Shown one piece after another: positions 15,896-18,983 of a stretch of 18,983 bases of DNA (its first letter is position 1; each line of letters starts with the position of its first letter). The notes beneath the pieces are model-generated. The model saw nothing but the letters and a program-made list of their open reading frames with translations. It ran no database searches and was not told where the DNA came from. Both the position numbers and the translations under genes were made by a program. The DNA comes from Abditibacteriaceae bacterium (GTDB taxonomy: Bacteria > Armatimonadota > Abditibacteriia > Abditibacteriales > Abditibacteriaceae), in the NCBI GenBank assembly GCA_031372065.1, contig JANMKN010000202.1, positions 1 through 18,983 on the forward strand, written 5' to 3'.

Positions 15896-15928
15896 ACGAA
15901 GGAAATTTAGCGGTTAAACTGCTGCTCT

Positions 15929-16432
15929 ATGGAATCCCAGTTCATTTTTCCGTTCATTTTGCGTTTTCTGCCATCGCTTTTGTTGGTTGGCTTGGCTTTT
16001 GTCGCCGCCTCTGACAAAAAAACCGGACGCCAGTGGGCCAATTTGCTTTATCAAATGGGCAGCGTGCGGCCCGATCAACGTGACGACCCCAAAATTCAAA
16101 GTGGCGTCAAAATTCCCTTTTTCGTTTTAGCCTTTGGAATGCTTTTTCTGCCCGCGCATTTAGGGCCGATCAGCTATTTTCGCTGGGTGACCAACAAGAA
16201 CGAACCAGTGTTAAACCTCAATCAGGGCCAGGGTTTGAAGGATTCGGACGACGCCTTGATCAAACTGCAAAAAGAAAAAGAAGCCGAGCCAACGCCAACA
16301 GCGGGGCCACAAAATCCGCCACCGCCCGGCGTCGGCAATCCGCCACCACCAGCGGCGCCCGGCGCTCCCTCTGGAAGCACACCTCGCACCAACAGTAAAA
16401 CGACACCGGGCAGCATAGGCGCCTTACGTTAA
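15929..16432 (+). CDS. Hypothetical membrane protein with Pro-rich C-terminal tail
   Basis: Two hydrophobic segments and an NPPPPG/NPPPPA low-complexity tail, followed by a terminator. Confidence 0.7.
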   Translation: MESQFIFPFILRFLPSLLLVGLAFVAASDKKTGRQWANLLYQMGSVRPDQRDDPKIQSGVKIPFFVLAFGMLFLPAHLGPISYFRWVTNKNEPVLNLNQGQGLKDSDDALIKLQKEKEAEPTPTAGPQNPPPPGVGNPPPPAAPGAPSGSTPRTNSKTTPGSIGALR

Positions 16433-16434
16433 AT

Positions 16435-16469
16435 AAACAGCGCGCGATGAAGAATCGCGCGCTGTTTTT
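16435..16469. terminator. Bidirectional intrinsic terminator
   Basis: AAACAGCGCGCGAT-GAAGA-ATCGCGCGCTGTTTTT between convergent genes. Confidence 0.85.
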
Positions 16470-17169
16470 ATAGAGAGACAGTCAGATACTTTTTCGCTGC
16501 TGCGCGCAATTTTTCAGGCGATAAATCTTCCAAAAACGGCACGTTTCCCCAAACGGGTAATCCTGTCATCTCCGCGATTAAATTGGGGCTGGTCTGGGCC
16601 GCCAAATCATCTTCGGGGACCGATTCCGCGTCGCAAAATATCAATCCTTCAATCCTGTTTTCGCGTAACGCTTCAACAGTCAGCAAAGTGTGATTAATAG
16701 TGCCCAAAGTGCGCCGCGCCGCGATGACAATCGGCATTTGCCATGCTTCGATTAAATCTGCGCACGTCAAAATCTGCCCATTATTTTCAGCAATCGGCAC
16801 CATCAAGCCGCCGACGCCTTCGACTAAAACCAAATCGTGCCGCGCCAGCAAAACATCCAGCGCGCTTTTGGCTTGCGCGAAGAAATTTGCGCTCTCTATT
16901 CCGCCGCGCCGCGCGGCCATGAGCGGCGCCAACGGTTCTTGCAAGCGAAGGGGATTGATTAAATCCAGTTCATCTTGCACGCCCGTAACATCACGCAAAA
17001 ACCGCGCGTCTTCGCTGACGAGTTGGCCATTTATCAAGTCGCAACCGCTGGCAAATGGCTTCATCACGCCGCAATTGAGGCCGCGCTGTTGAAAATGCAA
17101 GCACAGCAGCGCGGTGACTAACGTTTTGCCAACGCCGGTGTCGGTTCCGGTTACAAAAAGCGTTTTCAT
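16468..17169 (-). CDS. bioD: Dethiobiotin synthase
   Basis: MKTLFVTGTDTGVGKT, KPFASG, EPLAP, VEGVGGLMVP, LGTINHTLLT. The ATG overlaps the upstream stop (ATGA). Confidence 0.95.
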   Translation of the reverse strand: MKTLFVTGTDTGVGKTLVTALLCLHFQQRGLNCGVMKPFASGCDLINGQLVSEDARFLRDVTGVQDELDLINPLRLQEPLAPLMAARRGGIESANFFAQAKSALDVLLARHDLVLVEGVGGLMVPIAENNGQILTCADLIEAWQMPIVIAARRTLGTINHTLLTVEALRENRIEGLIFCDAESVPEDDLAAQTSPNLIAEMTGLPVWGNVPFLEDLSPEKLRAAAKKYLTVSL

Positions 17170-17804
17170 TTGTTCAATTGCGAAAGTGAAACGGAATCGT
17201 CCTCGTAGAGCCACTTTTCAAAATGCGCTTTACGCTGCGGCCATTCGCTGTCGAGAATTGAAAACCAAGCCGTGTCGCGGTTTTCATTTTTCGCAATTTG
17301 ATGCTGGCGAAACAAGCCTTCGTATTGAAAACCGAGGCGAAGCGCGGCACGTTTGCTGGCTTCGTTGGCGTTGTTGCATTTCCATTCAGCGCGGCGATAA
17401 CCGAGGTCATCGAACAAATGGCAGAGCAGCAAATAAACGCTTTCGGTATTGACTTTGGTGCGTTGCACAAAAGGCGCATACCAAATGTGTCCCAGTTCGG
17501 CGCGGCCATGTAGCGGCTCGATGTTGAGAATCGAAATCACGCCGCACGCCTGTTCGTTTTGGTAAACGGCGTAAAACAATGGCTCATCGCCCGATGCCGT
17601 TGTTTCCAGCCATTGCCGGTAAAAATCTTCATTTTCAAACGGCCCATACGGTAGGTAGCGCCATAGCTTTTCGACTTCGGGCGCGCCGTGCGAAATGGCA
17701 AAAAGCGGCGCGGCATCGCGGGCGGCGTCCAACGGTTTTAACGTCACAGACTGGCCTTCGAAATCGCGCCGTTCGGGGCGCGGCCAAGATTCAGGAAATT
17801 TCAT
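17166..17804 (-). CDS. GNAT family N-acetyltransferase (RimJ/RimL-like)
   Basis: AELGHIWY…LFDDLGYRRAEWKCNNANEASKRAALRLGFQYEGLFRQH…NRDTAWFSILDSEWP. Confidence 0.9.
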   Translation of the reverse strand: MKFPESWPRPERRDFEGQSVTLKPLDAARDAAPLFAISHGAPEVEKLWRYLPYGPFENEDFYRQWLETTASGDEPLFYAVYQNEQACGVISILNIEPLHGRAELGHIWYAPFVQRTKVNTESVYLLLCHLFDDLGYRRAEWKCNNANEASKRAALRLGFQYEGLFRQHQIAKNENRDTAWFSILDSEWPQRKAHFEKWLYEDDSVSLSQLNK

Positions 17805-18915
17805 GTTTCACCTGTGCAAAAATTTGTAAAACGCGCGCGATTGTTTCATCATCCAGCGTCGCATTGGCCGTTAAACGCAAGCGAGAAGTGCCTGCGGGCA
17901 CTGTCGGCGGACGAATCGCGGGGCACCAAATGCCGTTTCGCAAAAGTGCCTCACTTAATGCCACAGCGCGCGGCGCAGCGCCAACTATAACAGGAATAAT
18001 CGGCGATGGATTCAAGCGCGAGGTGAAGCCGATAGCGCTTAAACCATACGCCAATTGCTTTGTGACTTCACATAATCGCGCCACACGTTGCGGTTCACGC
18101 TGCACGATTTCTAACGCCTTCAGTGCCGCGCCGCAGTTGGCCGGAGCGAGGCCCGTCGTGTAAATAAAAGGCCGCGCCGCATTAATCAACCAATCAATCA
18201 CAATTTGCGACGCGACAACAAAGCCACCCTGCGATCCCAACGCTTTTGAGAGCGTGCCGATGAGAATACAATCCATATCTTGCATTTTGCATTTTACATT
18301 TTGCATCGCTGTTCCATGCGCGTCATCTAAAATCAGCACCGCGTTAAAGTGGGCTGTTAAGTCACTTAACACCGTTAAGTCGGTCAGGTCGCCATCCATC
18401 GAATAAACGGTGTCCGAGACGACTAAAAAGCGCTCGCCGTCGCGGTTATCCGCGTGCTTTTGCAGCAATTTTTGTAAGCGTTCGGCTGATTTGTAGTAAC
18501 GCACGACGGCGCCTTGCGAACTTGCTAAACGGCAGGCATCAATCAGCGACGCATGATTGCGCTTGTCGCAAAATAGGATGTCGCCACGCCGCGATAAGGA
18601 AGTGATAACGGCCAAATTTGCTTGATAGCCGGACGGAAAAACCAATGCGGCTTCGCAACCTTTCCAAGCTGCCAATTCATGTTCGAGTTGCTCGTGAAGC
18701 GGCGTGTGACCGCTGACCAAACGCGAGGCCCGCGCGCCGCAACCATACTTTCGCGCGGCTTCGCAAGCGGCTTCGATGACTTCGGGATGACGCGCCAAGC
18801 CCAAATAATCATTAGATGCCAAATCGAGAACGCCATCGGGCACGGCGCATAATTGGCGTCGTAAGCCGGCGGCGTCTTTTTCGTTTAACGCGGCGCGTAA
18901 TTCCTCGTTTAGCAT
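17791..18915 (-). CDS. bioF: 8-amino-7-oxononanoate synthase
   Basis: LASNDYLGLA, ASRLVSG, FPSGYQAN, NHASLID, YSMDGD, DDAHG, PLP lysine GTLSKALG, AIRPPTVPAGTSRLR. Lies in an operon with bioD. Confidence 0.95.
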   Translation of the reverse strand: MLNEELRAALNEKDAAGLRRQLCAVPDGVLDLASNDYLGLARHPEVIEAACEAARKYGCGARASRLVSGHTPLHEQLEHELAAWKGCEAALVFPSGYQANLAVITSLSRRGDILFCDKRNHASLIDACRLASSQGAVVRYYKSAERLQKLLQKHADNRDGERFLVVSDTVYSMDGDLTDLTVLSDLTAHFNAVLILDDAHGTAMQNVKCKMQDMDCILIGTLSKALGSQGGFVVASQIVIDWLINAARPFIYTTGLAPANCGAALKALEIVQREPQRVARLCEVTKQLAYGLSAIGFTSRLNPSPIIPVIVGAAPRAVALSEALLRNGIWCPAIRPPTVPAGTSRLRLTANATLDDETIARVLQIFAQVKHEIS

Positions 18916-18983
18916 TGTTGTTCGCGCGGCAGTTTACCGTTTTCTGTGCTAATCTCATAAGCCGCAGCAACCAAAATATCAGG

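Overview
Bacterial chromosomal window (~50% GC). The gene mix (DUF1559 prepilin-like, DUF4127, DUF4397) suggests an Armatimonadota/Abditibacteriota-like organism, which is inference only. Left to right it holds: the 5' end of a 23S rRNA gene with its own tandem promoters and no 16S gene or spacer tRNA upstream; two DUF4397 paralogs; a secreted alpha/beta hydrolase; uvrA; a DUF4127 gene; a TPR protein; a GT-C-like membrane protein; a divergent RpoD-family sigma factor; rpoZ; a DUF1559 protein; and a bioF-GNAT-bioD operon. The standout feature is absent from the ORF track: a minus-strand tRNA(CAU), most likely tRNA-Ile2, split between U33 and C34 by a 584-nt IC3-like group I intron (12505-13088). 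The intron carries an HNH homing-endonuclease ORF on the opposite strand, whose stop codon spans the 5' splice junction. Heptamer tandem-repeat hairpins are scattered through intergenic DNA and appear in frame inside uvrA and bioF.
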